Of a stretch of DNA of 64,000 nt, positions 13,929-25,700 are shown piece by piece. The notes below the pieces were generated by a model that saw only the letters and a list, made by a program, of their open reading frames with translations, did not search any database and was not told the DNA's origin. Position 1 is the first letter of the stretch, and every line of letters starts with the position of its first letter. This DNA comes from Macrostomum lignano. Lineage: Eukaryota. Location of the stretch: NCBI GenBank assembly GCA_002269645.1, contig NIVC01000234.1, positions 1 to 64,000 on the forward strand, read 5' to 3'. The translations under genes and the position numbers were made by a program.

Positions 13929-15227
13929 CTGTTAGATGAATCTCGCATAGCTCAAATTTTACAATAAAGCTATCAATTTTATTAGTTAATTTAAAAATAT
14001 ATTCAACATTTTCAGCTTTATTGAAATGAGAAAAGAATACAAAAGACACTTCAGTCTGTTTAAAATTTATTCTTTATTGATCTCATTTTTTTCAAATTTT
14101 TCAAAAATGAATTCGGCCAAGTCTTTTAAATGCATATATTTATTTAATGAAGTAATTAGTCATCATGCATACCAATTGTGACTGATAAGCATCACATGTA
14201 CTAATGCATCCATTAGGCATTTATTTAGCAGGCTTTGTATTTTCTAGATTAGAAAGCCAGCTGACTCAAATTCCACCCCATGCAAGCATTAGAATGGCTG
14301 GCCAAGCCCCCGCTAGTTTGATCTAGTTCTAACTGTTTGGCTAAACTTTTCAAGGGTAAGGGCGGGAAGTTGGTCGATATTTTGTTTCAGCTGTGGAAAG
14401 TCTAAACCGAACTCTACTTATCTCTGTCTCTTCTCTCTCCCCTCTCTCATTTATTTTCTATTTTCATAGACTAGAGAACGATTTGAGTACAACGGGGCGG
14501 TGTGACTGGTAGCTGAATAGGGCACAGAGGGAAGAGGCAAAACAAGAGAGAGGGCCAGCATGCACAATAGCGCATATTTCTGTGCCCCTCTCCCGCTGTC
14601 CCTAACCCAGTTTTAACTGGCGCACCGACCGCATTTTGCAGTTTTAGCACGTACAGTAATGAAATGAACTCTGCCCCAGATCGTTACTGGCTATGGTATG
14701 GATTTTGTACGCGCGTCAATGCGCGGAGATCTTAAGTTTAGATTTCGGGGTTCAGCTTATAATAATAATAATCTCATATAGGGCATTAAGTCACACCTAA
14801 TTCTGACTGTATTTCATTATCTAGATTAGCTAGGTGCAAGTACGTAGCTAATTGTAGCTATCTCAACAACTATAACCGGAATTAACAGGAATTGACAAGT
14901 ACACTAGCACGCTATGTACTTTCCTAGGCAGAGAGAATAGAGTTTAACTTTGACTAATAAAAGACAGGCGCCTAATGTTGAGGCTCTGAGGAAAACTCAG
15001 GAATACTTTTGAAGCTTTGCTTTCTTTAAAGATACTGTAGAGACTTCAATAAATACACTTAACTACTCAACAGGTAAGCAAACCCAGATGATAATCATAG
15101 AGCTAATGAGCTTTGAAGCTTGAAATTTGCTTTTGCATATAGTGCAGTCCTGCTAAATAGCATCAAGTAATTAATCTCACAGAGTCCGAGGTTAGTCGTT
15201 TCCCAATTGCTCAATCTCATTTGGAGT

Positions 15228-16452
15228 CCGGGTTTCTCCTGATTGCCTAGTCTCATAGAGAGTCAGGGTTTCTCCTGGCTGCCTAATCTCATAGAGAGTC
15301 AGGGTTTCTCCTGATTGCCTAGTCTCATAGAGAGTCAGGGTTTCTCCTGGCTGCCTAATCTCATAGAGAGTCAGGGTTTCTCCTAATTGCCTAGTCTCAT
15401 AGAGAGTCAGGGTTTCTCCTGGCTGCCTAATCTCATAGAGAGTCAGGGTTTCTCCTGATTGCCTAGTCTCATAGAGAGTCAGGGTTTCTCCTGGCTGCCT
15501 AATCTCATAGAGAGTCAGGGTTTCTCCTGATTGCCTAGTCTCATAGAGAGTCAGGGTTTCTCCTGGCTGCCTAATCTCATAGAGAGTCAGGGTTTCTCCT
15601 AATTGCCTAGTCTCATAGAGAGTCAGGGTTTCTCCTGGCTGCCTAATCTCATAGAGAGTCAGGGTTTCTCCTGATTGCCTAGTCTCATAGAGAGTCAGGG
15701 TTTCTCCTGGCTGCCTAATCTCATAGAGAGTCAGGGTTTCTCCTGATTGCCTAATCTCATAGAGAGTCAGGGTTTCTCCTGGCTGCCTAATCTCATAGAG
15801 AGTCAGGGTTTCTCCTGATTGCCTAATCTCATAGAGAGTCAGGGTTTCTCCTGGCTGCCTAATCTCATAGAGAGTCAGGGTTTCTCCTGATTGCCTAGTC
15901 TCATAGAGAGTCAGGGTTTCTCCTGGCTGCCTAATCTCATAGAGAGTCAGGGTTTCTCCTGATTGCCTAGTCTCATAGAGAGTCAGGGTTTCTCCTGGCT
16001 GCCTAATCTTATAGAGAGTCAGGGTTTCTCCTGGCTGCCTAGTCTCATAGAGAGTCAGGGTTTCTCCTGGCTGCCTAGTCTCATAGAGAGTCAGGGTTTC
16101 TCCTGGCTGCCTAATCTCATAGAGAGTCAGGGTTTCTCCTGGCTGCCTAATCTCATAGAGAGTCAGGGTTTCTCGTGGCTGCCTAATCTCATAGAGGGTC
16201 AGGGTTTCTCGTGGCTGCCTAATCTCATAGAGGGTCAGGGTCTCTCCTGGCTGCCTAATCTCATAGAGAGTCAGGGTTTCTCCTGGCTGCCTAATCTCAT
16301 AGAGAGTCATGGTTTCTCTTGATTGCCTAGTCTCATAGAGTCAGGGTTTCTCGTGGCTGCCTAGTCTCATAGAGAGTCAGGGTTTCTCCTGGCTGCCTAA
16401 TCTCATAGAGAGTCAGGGTTTCTCCTGGCTGCCTAATCTCATAGAGGGTCAG
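15228..16452. repeat. Tandem minisatellite, 36-bp unit TCTCATAGAGAGTCAGGGTTTCTCCTGGCTGCCTAA
   Basis: About 33 copies ending about 280 bp upstream of the nuclear receptor start codon. Confidence 0.95.
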
Positions 16453-16735
16453 ATGTTTTTCTCCTTTCGATTCTCTAATCTCACAGCTACAGAGCTGTCT
16501 TGTAATTCAGTAACGCCGTTAAATCAAATTATTCATTAAATAGACCTGTTAGAACAATTTATTAATAAAGATTTTTCAATTCCACAACTTTATTCCAGAT
16601 TCCAGTGCGATTCGGCAAAAAAATTAATTAATAAACAAACTGTACTAGACCGAGGCTCGCATTGATCGGTCCAAGTAAGCGCTGTCAGTAACGTCTTTTA
16701 AGCATAGTAACTTAAACAGAGGCTCCGAGAATCAG

Positions 16736-19700
16736 ATGACATCGTCCGATTGCTTAGGCCTGTTGGCCGTCATGGAAGCCACCGCTCGAGAAGATCTGTG
16801 TGCGCCGGCTCAGCAGCAGCGGCGGCGACGGGAGCAGCCAGCGCAGGAGCAGCAGCCATCCTCCTCGTCCTGTTCGACCATGGCAGAGCCGCCGTTGTCT
16901 CGATGCGCCGTCTGCCAAGACGTAGCTAGCGGAGTTCACTACGGTGTGCCAGCCTGCGAAGGCTGCAAAGTGAGTGGGATTTCTCTGTTGAGGTAGCGTG
17001 GCTGTGACTCTAATATAATACTTTAGCGTGTCTCTTAGGCAACCCTAGTTAAGGTTCGATCTGGCGGGTGTTTCACGAAGAGATCGATTTTCTTATTTCA
17101 GGGGTTTTTTTCTGACTCACCTGTCAGAAGTCCTGACCCATCTGTGCTAGAATTCAGACTCCTGACCCACCTGTGCTAGAATTCAGACTCCTGACCCATC
17201 TGTGCTAGAATTCAGACTCCTGACCCATCTGTGCTAGAATTCAGACTCCTGACCCATCTGTGCTAGAATTCAGACTCCTGACCCATCTGTGCTAGAATTG
17301 AGACTCCTGACCCACCTGTGCTAGAATTCAGACTCCTGACCCATCTGTGCTAGAATTCAGACTCTTGACCCATCTGTGCTAGAATTCAGACTCCTGACCC
17401 ATCTGTGCTAGAATTCAGACTCCTGACCCACCTGTGCTAGAATTCAGACTCTTGACCCATCTGTGCTAGAATTCATACTCCTGACCCATCTGTGCTAGAA
17501 TTCAGACTCCTGACCCATCTGTGCTAGAATTCAGACTCCTGACCCATCTGTGCTAGAATTCAGACTCCTGACCCATCTGTGCTAGAATTCAGACTCCTGA
17601 CCCATCTGTGCTAGAATTCAGACTCCTGACCCATCTGTGCTAGAATTCAGACTCCTGACCCATCTGTGCTAGAATTCAGACTCCTGACCCATCTGTGCTA
17701 GAATTCAGACTCCTGACCGATCTGTGCTAGAATTCAGACTCCTGACCCACCTGTGCTAGAATTCAGACTCCTGACCCATCTGTGCTAGAATTCAGACTCC
17801 TGACCCATCTGTGCTAGAATTCAGACTCCTGACCCATCTGTGCTAGAATTCAGACTCCTGACCCATCTGTGCTAGAATTGAGACTCCTGACCCACCTGTG
17901 CTAGAATTCAGACTCCTGACCCATCTGTGCTAGAATTCAGACTCTTGACCCATCTGTGCTAGAATTCAGACTCTTGACCCATCTGTGCTAGAATTCAGAC
18001 TCCTGACCCATCTGTGCTAGAATTCAGACTCCTGACCGATCTGTGCTAGAATTCAGACTCTTGACCCATCTGTGCTAGAATTCAGACTCCTGACCCATCT
18101 GTGCTAGAATTCAGACTCCTGACCCATCTGTGCTAGAATTCAGACTCCTGACCCATCTGTGCTAGAATTCAGACTCCTGACCCATCTGTGCTAGAATTCA
18201 TACTCCTGACCCACCTGTGCTAGAATTCAGACTCTTGACCCATCTGTGCTAGAATTCAGACTCCTGACCCATCTGTGCTAGAATTCAGACTCCTGACTGA
18301 CCCACCTGTGCTAGAATTCAGACTCCTGACTGACCCACCTGTGCTAGAATTCAGACTCCTGACCCATCTGTGCTAGAATTCAGACTCCTGACCCATCTGT
18401 GCTAGAATTCAGACTCCTGACCCATCTGTGCTAGAATTCAGACTCCTGACCCATCTGTGCTAGAATTCAGACTCCTGACCCATCTGTGCTAGAATTCAGA
18501 CTCTTGACCCATCTGTGCTAGAATTCATACTCCTGACCCACCTGTGCTAGAATTCAGACTCTTGACCCATCTGTGCTAGAATTCAGACTCCTGACCCATC
18601 TGTGCTAGAATTCAGACTCCTGACCCATCTGTGCTAGAATTCAGACTCCTGACCCATCTGTGCTAGAATTGAGACTCCTGACCCATCTGTGCTAGAATTC
18701 AGACTCCTGACCCATCTGTGCTAGAATTCAGACTCCTGACCCATCTGTGCTAGAATTCAGACTCTTGACCCATCTGTGCTAGAATTCAGACTCCTGACCC
18801 ATATGTGCTAGAATTCAGACTCCTGGTCACCCATCTGTGCTAGAATTCATACTCCTGACCCACTTATAATAAAATTCAGAGTCCTAAACGACATGCAGCT
18901 AAAAGTCTTGACCTACTTTGAATGAGCTAGATGAGCCGTGACTCACCACCATCAGAAAATACGGAAGGGCACAAGTTTTTAGCCACGCCTGAGGTACAAC
19001 ACGTACCGCCATGATTTATCACACACTCACAGCGCCACTTGTTTCAGCACGTGTTCTAACATTTCACGAGAAAAGCATAATTCGCATTCAGCCGTCAGAG
19101 CCAATTAACTCTAAGCACCTCAGCAAACTGTCCAGCTGAGTTCATGAAGTTGAATTGCAAGCACTATTATGCTATGATCTACTATGCTTATGGCTTTTGG
19201 AGAGCAGGCATGCAACCGCTAGTTTCGTCCAAGGACTACTCAAGTAGGACAGAAGACTACGTTTGTTGGAAAACTTTAGGAAGCAGTTTTTACCGTATAA
19301 ATACGAGTATATTTCGGAGGTTAGCATTTTTTCATTAACATAGAAATTACTAGTGAATGAATAAGATGGTTTATTATGTTTTTTGAATTCATGGCCATGA
19401 CCTATGTATTTCACCCGAATTAAGAAGTAATTAACTAAGAACTAACTAAGAATGTTTAGTTATACATCCCCAACCCACATCCCTACCTCCCCTCGACTTT
19501 GCCCACCTCTATAGTGTGCACAGATCCAAACCCCTGGCTTTAGTAGGGCAAATAGTAAGGCTTAGGCTGTAGTTGGGGGCTCGCCGCCCCCCACACCCCT
19601 GGCATTAGTTAGGCTACTAGTGGGGAGCTCGCCGCCCCCCACACCCCTGGCATTAGTTAGGCTACTAGTGGGGAGCTCGCCGGCCCCCCCCACACCCCTG

Positions 19701-22700
19701 GCATTAGTTAGGCTACTAGTGGGGAGCTCGCCGGCCCCCCCCACACCCCTGGCATTAGTTAGGCTACTAGTGGGGAGCTCGCCGGCCCCCCCCACACCCC
19801 TGGCATTAGTTAGGCTACTAGTGGGGAGCTCGCCGGCCCCCCCCACACCCCTGGCATTAGTTAGGCTACTAGTGGGGAGCTCGCCGGCCCCCCCCACACC
19901 CCTGGCATTAGTTAGGCTACTAGTGGGGAGCTCGCTGCCCCCCACACCCCTGGCATTAGTTAGGCTACTAGTGGGGGGCTCGCCGGGCCCCCCCACACCC
20001 CTGGCATTAGTAAGTCTAGTGGGGGAGTAGTATTCAGATACTACTGAAGTAACTGTGCCTTTAAGTTGGCCTTCATTGGCGAGAATTTATGTTCGTGCAC
20101 AAGCCCCAAATTAATTAATTAACGAGGTGAGAGTTGAGACACATTCAACACTCTGGGACTTGTTGTGCACCGTTCCATAGACTCTGGGTTTCATAGGTGT
20201 CAAGCCCTCAATGGAAGCTCCTGGAAGCTACTTCCTGGAAGTACGATGAGCAGATGTGCAACCGACAGCTCAGCCGCAGCTATTGCGCGGCGCATCTGAA
20301 GGCTGCGTACGGCTGTTCAGTCCAATGACTGGGTGGGGGGGGGGGTCGCCGACACCCAGCTGTAAAATGGGTGTCAGCATTAGCTGGGGTAATTGAGGGT
20401 GTGTGTGGCGTGGGTGAACTGAAGCAATGCAGTGTTAAGTGTCTTGCTTAAGGACACAAATTGTTCTAAGTGGGATCGGGAATCGAACTCCCGACTTTCC
20501 CGTCATTCTACGATCTACATCTACTTGAGTAGTCCTTGGTTTCGTTCGCGGCCGGGACTCCTTGAAAAACAAGGAGAGGATAGGATCGACCTGCCCATTG
20601 CCACAACACGCAAAACAGTGGTCTGTAGCTGGTTGAAGATGACAGGTGGCTTGAGCAGCTGACCAGCCATCCACCTTACTAACCCGATCAGGCACCCTGT
20701 GACTTTTTTCTGTTTTTTTGTTTCCAAACATCAAAGATTCGCTGCGTGGACGGCGTTTTTCGACCACAGAAGAAGGCGATAAGGCACTGGATGGGTTGTC
20801 CGCCTTTCTGCTTTTGAGTGGCGCAGCTGCTTCAGTGCTTGGTTTGGGAAAATAAGGCGCTGCATAGAGGCCAGTGGAGACTATTTTAAGAAGCTGTGAA
20901 ATTTCGCCGGCATAACTGCTTCTGCTCTCGCGCGTGGCTAATGCCCCATGTACGAGCGTATAAAGGTCCCACATCGAACCACCTACAAATTTATATATAA
21001 GGGTCTTAACCCACCTAAAACGAATATACAGGGTCTTGACCCACCTAAAACGAATATACGGGGTCTTGACCCACTAAAACGAATATACGGGGTCTTGACC
21101 CACTAAAACGAATATTGGGTCTTGACCCACCTAAAACGAATATACAGGGTCTTGACCCGCCTAAAACGAATACACGGGGTCCTGACCCACCTAAAACGAA
21201 TATACAGGGTACACATACAGAGAATACAATACATTGGGTCCTGACCCACCTTCAAAGAATATATAGGTTCCTGACCCACCTAAAACGATTATATAGGGTC
21301 CTGACCAAGCTAAAACGATTATATAGGGTCCTGACCCACCTAAAACGATTATATAGGGTCCTGACCCACCTACAGAGAATATATAGGGTCCTGACCCACT
21401 TAAAGAGAATATATAGGGTCCTGACCCACATACAGAGAATACATAGGGTCCTGACATACCTACAGATAGTATTAGAGTAATAAATTATCTAAATAATTAC
21501 TTAATTGATTATTTAACTTTCTTCATAATTGAAACATTTGTTAAAAGTAAAAATGACTTGTGGGACAAACTTGGACATACATTTGTAACAATTTTTTCCA
21601 GTAACAATATTAATGCCACAGTGTTATTGAACAAGCAAATACATTTAAATAAATCTAAGCTTACCAGTGAAGTGTATATGAATTCTGCTTTTGCTGTACA
21701 TTGCAGGCAAACTCCATTCTGCTCAATTAGATATATCGGCCTAAAAATTACAAGCAAAATGGATGCAATTAATAATTTTTAATTTTCAATAAAAAGTGTT
21801 TATTTTGAACTTGAATATGACTTATTGCCCAACCAGCAACTAGAATCCACAAAAAGTACATCAGTAAAGATATTAATCTCTATAAAAGTTTTATACTGAT
21901 ATTAGAGATTTTAAACTGATCCTTTTAGCCTAATAATTGTTAATAATAAGGACTTCAGTCTTATCACTTAACATACTAATTAAATCTATATATAAGCTAG
22001 TGAGATGAATAGATTTTTTAAAAATAATAGACCCTAGCAATAAGTTTAAGAAAAATGTGTTATCAGATGATAGAATAAAATAGATAGTGAATCTCCCAGA
22101 GTGGAACTAATAAAAATAATAAAAGTACTATAATTGATTAATAGTAAATAGTGAGACTTACTTGCACCTGCTTTCTATTGCTTACTACCATCTTGTCATT
22201 ACTAATAGCTAAAATCTACAATAGATATTAAAATGACTAGATGGGCCACTCAGGCATATATACTTAGTAAAACAGTTTTCTACTTTCAGTTCAGCAGCAA
22301 TGAGGAATGCATAAGTTTTTTATAAAAATAGAGGCAGCTAAAATGACTTTGAAAGTTTAGAAGCCAAAGCTTGCAGATGAAAATAGCTTGCTAATTGGTT
22401 TAGCCATAATGTACATTAGCCACTTAAATGTACATGGCTGATTTAGATTGGAACAACCAAGGAAGGTCATAAAAATGGGTGGCAGGCGGGTGGGGTAGGG
22501 GTTCTGTGTGGAGTTTGAGGGTTTAAACTGGGGGTGAAAGGCAATAAGCATCTGTGAAATCTACATTATATAGGTTTTGCTAGCTTAAGTTTATATGAGA
22601 AGTGCTTGAGATGCTAATGCACAAGACTAGGCCTAGTTAGCTCTATGCTTGTAGCACATTTCTACAAATTTCTAATAATAGCTATAGAAGTAAAAATAAA

Positions 22701-25700
22701 TAGAATTTTGGCAAAATAACTAAAAATAGATTTTGAGAACAAAAATTAGGAATTATAACAAACTGAACATATTATTTTAATTATTGGTAGATCTAAAGAG
22801 GAAACTAAGAAGATATAGGGAGGGTTGTAAGTATCCTGGGAAATAGAAAAAAATGTTTGCCTTTTTGTAGTTATATTGCCTAAAGTTATCTTCAGAACTT
22901 AAGTTCATTGGTAGACCCCCGCCCTAGGAAAAATATTTGGCTTGCCATTGATTTTAATAGCATGCATAGCTAAAGAAAGATAATTATATTAAATAGCAAT
23001 TAATAATATATACTCTATAATATATTTAAAAAAAAGTTTTTATACCAAAACCAATTCAAGTTCAATTTAGTTCCTACCACATGCCAGCAGTTAGTTCTCA
23101 ACATCTTATCTCAACTAGCTATGGGAAATGCAATGTGTGTAACAGAGTCACAAAAAGCAGGGAATATAGACTTATGGCTAGAATTGGATAATAGCTATCA
23201 CTTGTTGGGATAAAAAATGTTCACTTTAACTTTTTTAGTTAGGCGAGTCTTATAAGATCTTTGGTTTTGTAGTCATCATTTTGTAGCAATGGCAGATTTA
23301 GAGGGAGTGAGGGGCAGCTGCCCCCTATTTTATGGCTAGCAATGATGGAGCTCTTTTCTTTTGCCCTAAAAAGGTCTTTACTATCATTAGTTTTATCTTT
23401 ATAGATATAATACCCCTTTAATATATTAATTTCATTATTAAGCGTCCTACTAGTGTTTATGGCGCCCCTCTAGTGTATATTCTGGCACTCTTCTAGTGTA
23501 TATTCTGGCACTCTTCTAGTGTATATTCTGGCACTCTTCTAGTGTATATTCTGGCACTCTTATAGTGTATATTCTGGCACTCTTCTAGTATATATTCTTG
23601 CACTCTTCTAGTATATATTCTTGCACTCTTCTAGTGTATATTCTGGCACTCTTCTAGTGTATATTCTGGCACTCTTCTAGTGTATATTATGGCACCCCTT
23701 CCTAGTGTATATTCAGGCACTCTTCTAGTATATATTCTTGCACTCTTCTAGTGTATATTCTGGCACTCTTCTAGTGTATATTCTGGCACTCTTCTAGTGT
23801 ATATTCTGGCACTCTTCTAGTATATATTCTTGCACTCTTCTAGTATATATTCTTGCACTCTTCTAGTGTATATTCTGGCACTCTTCTAGTGTATATTCTG
23901 GCACTCTTCTAGTGTCTATTCTGGCACTCTTCTAGTGTCTATTCTGGTACTCTTCTAGTGTATATTATAGCATCCCTCTAGTGTATATTATAGCATCCCT
24001 CTAGTGTATATTATGGCATCCCTCTAGTGTATATTATGGCATCCCTCCAGTGTATATTATGGCGCCCCTCTAGTGTATATTATGGCGCCCCTCTAGTGTA
24101 TATTATGGCGCCCCTCTAGTGTATATTATGGCGTCCCCTCTAGTGTATATTATGGCGTCCCCTCTAGTGTATATTATGGCGCACCTCTAGTGTATATTAT
24201 GGCGTCCCCTCTAGTGTATATTATGGCGCACCTCTAGTGTATATTATGGCGTCCCCTCTAGTGTATATTATGGTGCCCCTCTAGTGTATATTATGGTGCC
24301 CCTCTAGTGTATATTATGGCGTCCCCTCTAGTGTATATTATGGCGCACCTCTAGTGTATATTATGGCGCCCCCTCTAGTGTATATTATGGCGCCCCTCTA
24401 GTGTATATTATGGCGTCCCCTCTAGTGTATATTATGGCGCCCCCTCTAATGTATATTATGGCATCCCTCTAGTGTATATTATGGCGCCCCCTCTAGTGTA
24501 TATTATGGCGTCTCCTCATGGTTAAGATCCGAAAGTTATATCAATGCTTATTAAAAAAAGGTTTTAATATTTATGGTCTTTGATTTGGCCAAAACTTTGT
24601 CTTGATTATAGCTGTCACAGTAGTTGTTAACAATTGAGTCAATGCTAACAAATAAAAAGTTGATTTTATTATATTTTTTGTTCTTATTGGGTTTTTTATT
24701 GATTATTTAAAAAAGAACAAAGCTAAAAGGCTTAGCCATTGGATAGATAAATAAAAACAGACCATATGATACATAATTATTTGTAGTATAGTTATATAAT
24801 TGTAGCTATATTAGAATATAATTATATAATCAGACGCCTAAAGGCTAATCTTAACTGGCTAAAGCTTAGAACTAATGAATTAGCTAAGCTTAAAGTCCCT
24901 ATTCTAGAGAACTTCATAGCTATGCCTAAGACAAGCTAAAATATTGATGAAATTACAAAATATTTTCATAATTAATTAATGAAGCCTAATCTAATGATGC
25001 AGTCTAGAGTCATTTTCAATTGGCATTGCATTGAATAGAATTGGCTAACTATAACTAATCTAAGAGTTGTTTAGTGCTTTCCCTATCAATTCCCTTGGCC
25101 TAGGGCCTAGGCTATCCCAATGTTTTCCAGCGAGTCTCCTCCTATGTTTCTCCTCGCTCCTTGTCGACTAGCCTATAGCTCCAGCAGGCCATTATAGGCA
25201 TTATAATACACCCCAGCTCAGCCAGTATGTGGATAAGACAACCAGCCAATAGCAGATGGTTGCTTCGTCAGCTAGATGCTAGTTTGCTTAACACGGGCTA
25301 AAGAAAACAGCGTCAAAAAACACAAGCCTTTCTTAACTCAATAGCTAGGCCTACTCTCATTAATGAACAAATCAATTATTGAAATAAGTTTAAAGAAGTA
25401 GTTATGCTTACCAGTTGCGTTTGTACGCCTTTAGAAGCAGAATTTAATTCATTACCAATTCCGCTTTAGTCGATATTACATAGCCTTTGTAAATTAATAA
25501 GATATTAATTAACAATCTTATGAATAAACGGATTTCGGCCCGTCACTGCTGTCTGTCTGCTTGCGACTGTTTAAGTTCCAAGTTGATTAGGTAGGCGATC
25601 GAAAGTTGTCTACGCCTTGGTCTAGTCTGCAACTCGAGTTCTATATATATATATAAAGAGAGAACGTTAACTTAGAGTGTTGACAAATCTTGTTTGGCGG

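Noticed and set aside
11169-14049. Very long ORFs (up to 911 aa) of MALSWHCYHG repeats
   Set aside because: They are translations of an 11/14-bp satellite, open in several frames, with no unique sequence.
15192-16322. 372-aa ORF of TLTLYEIRQPGE repeats
   Set aside because: A 36-bp monomer is a multiple of three and lacks a stop in one frame; there is no splice or domain evidence.
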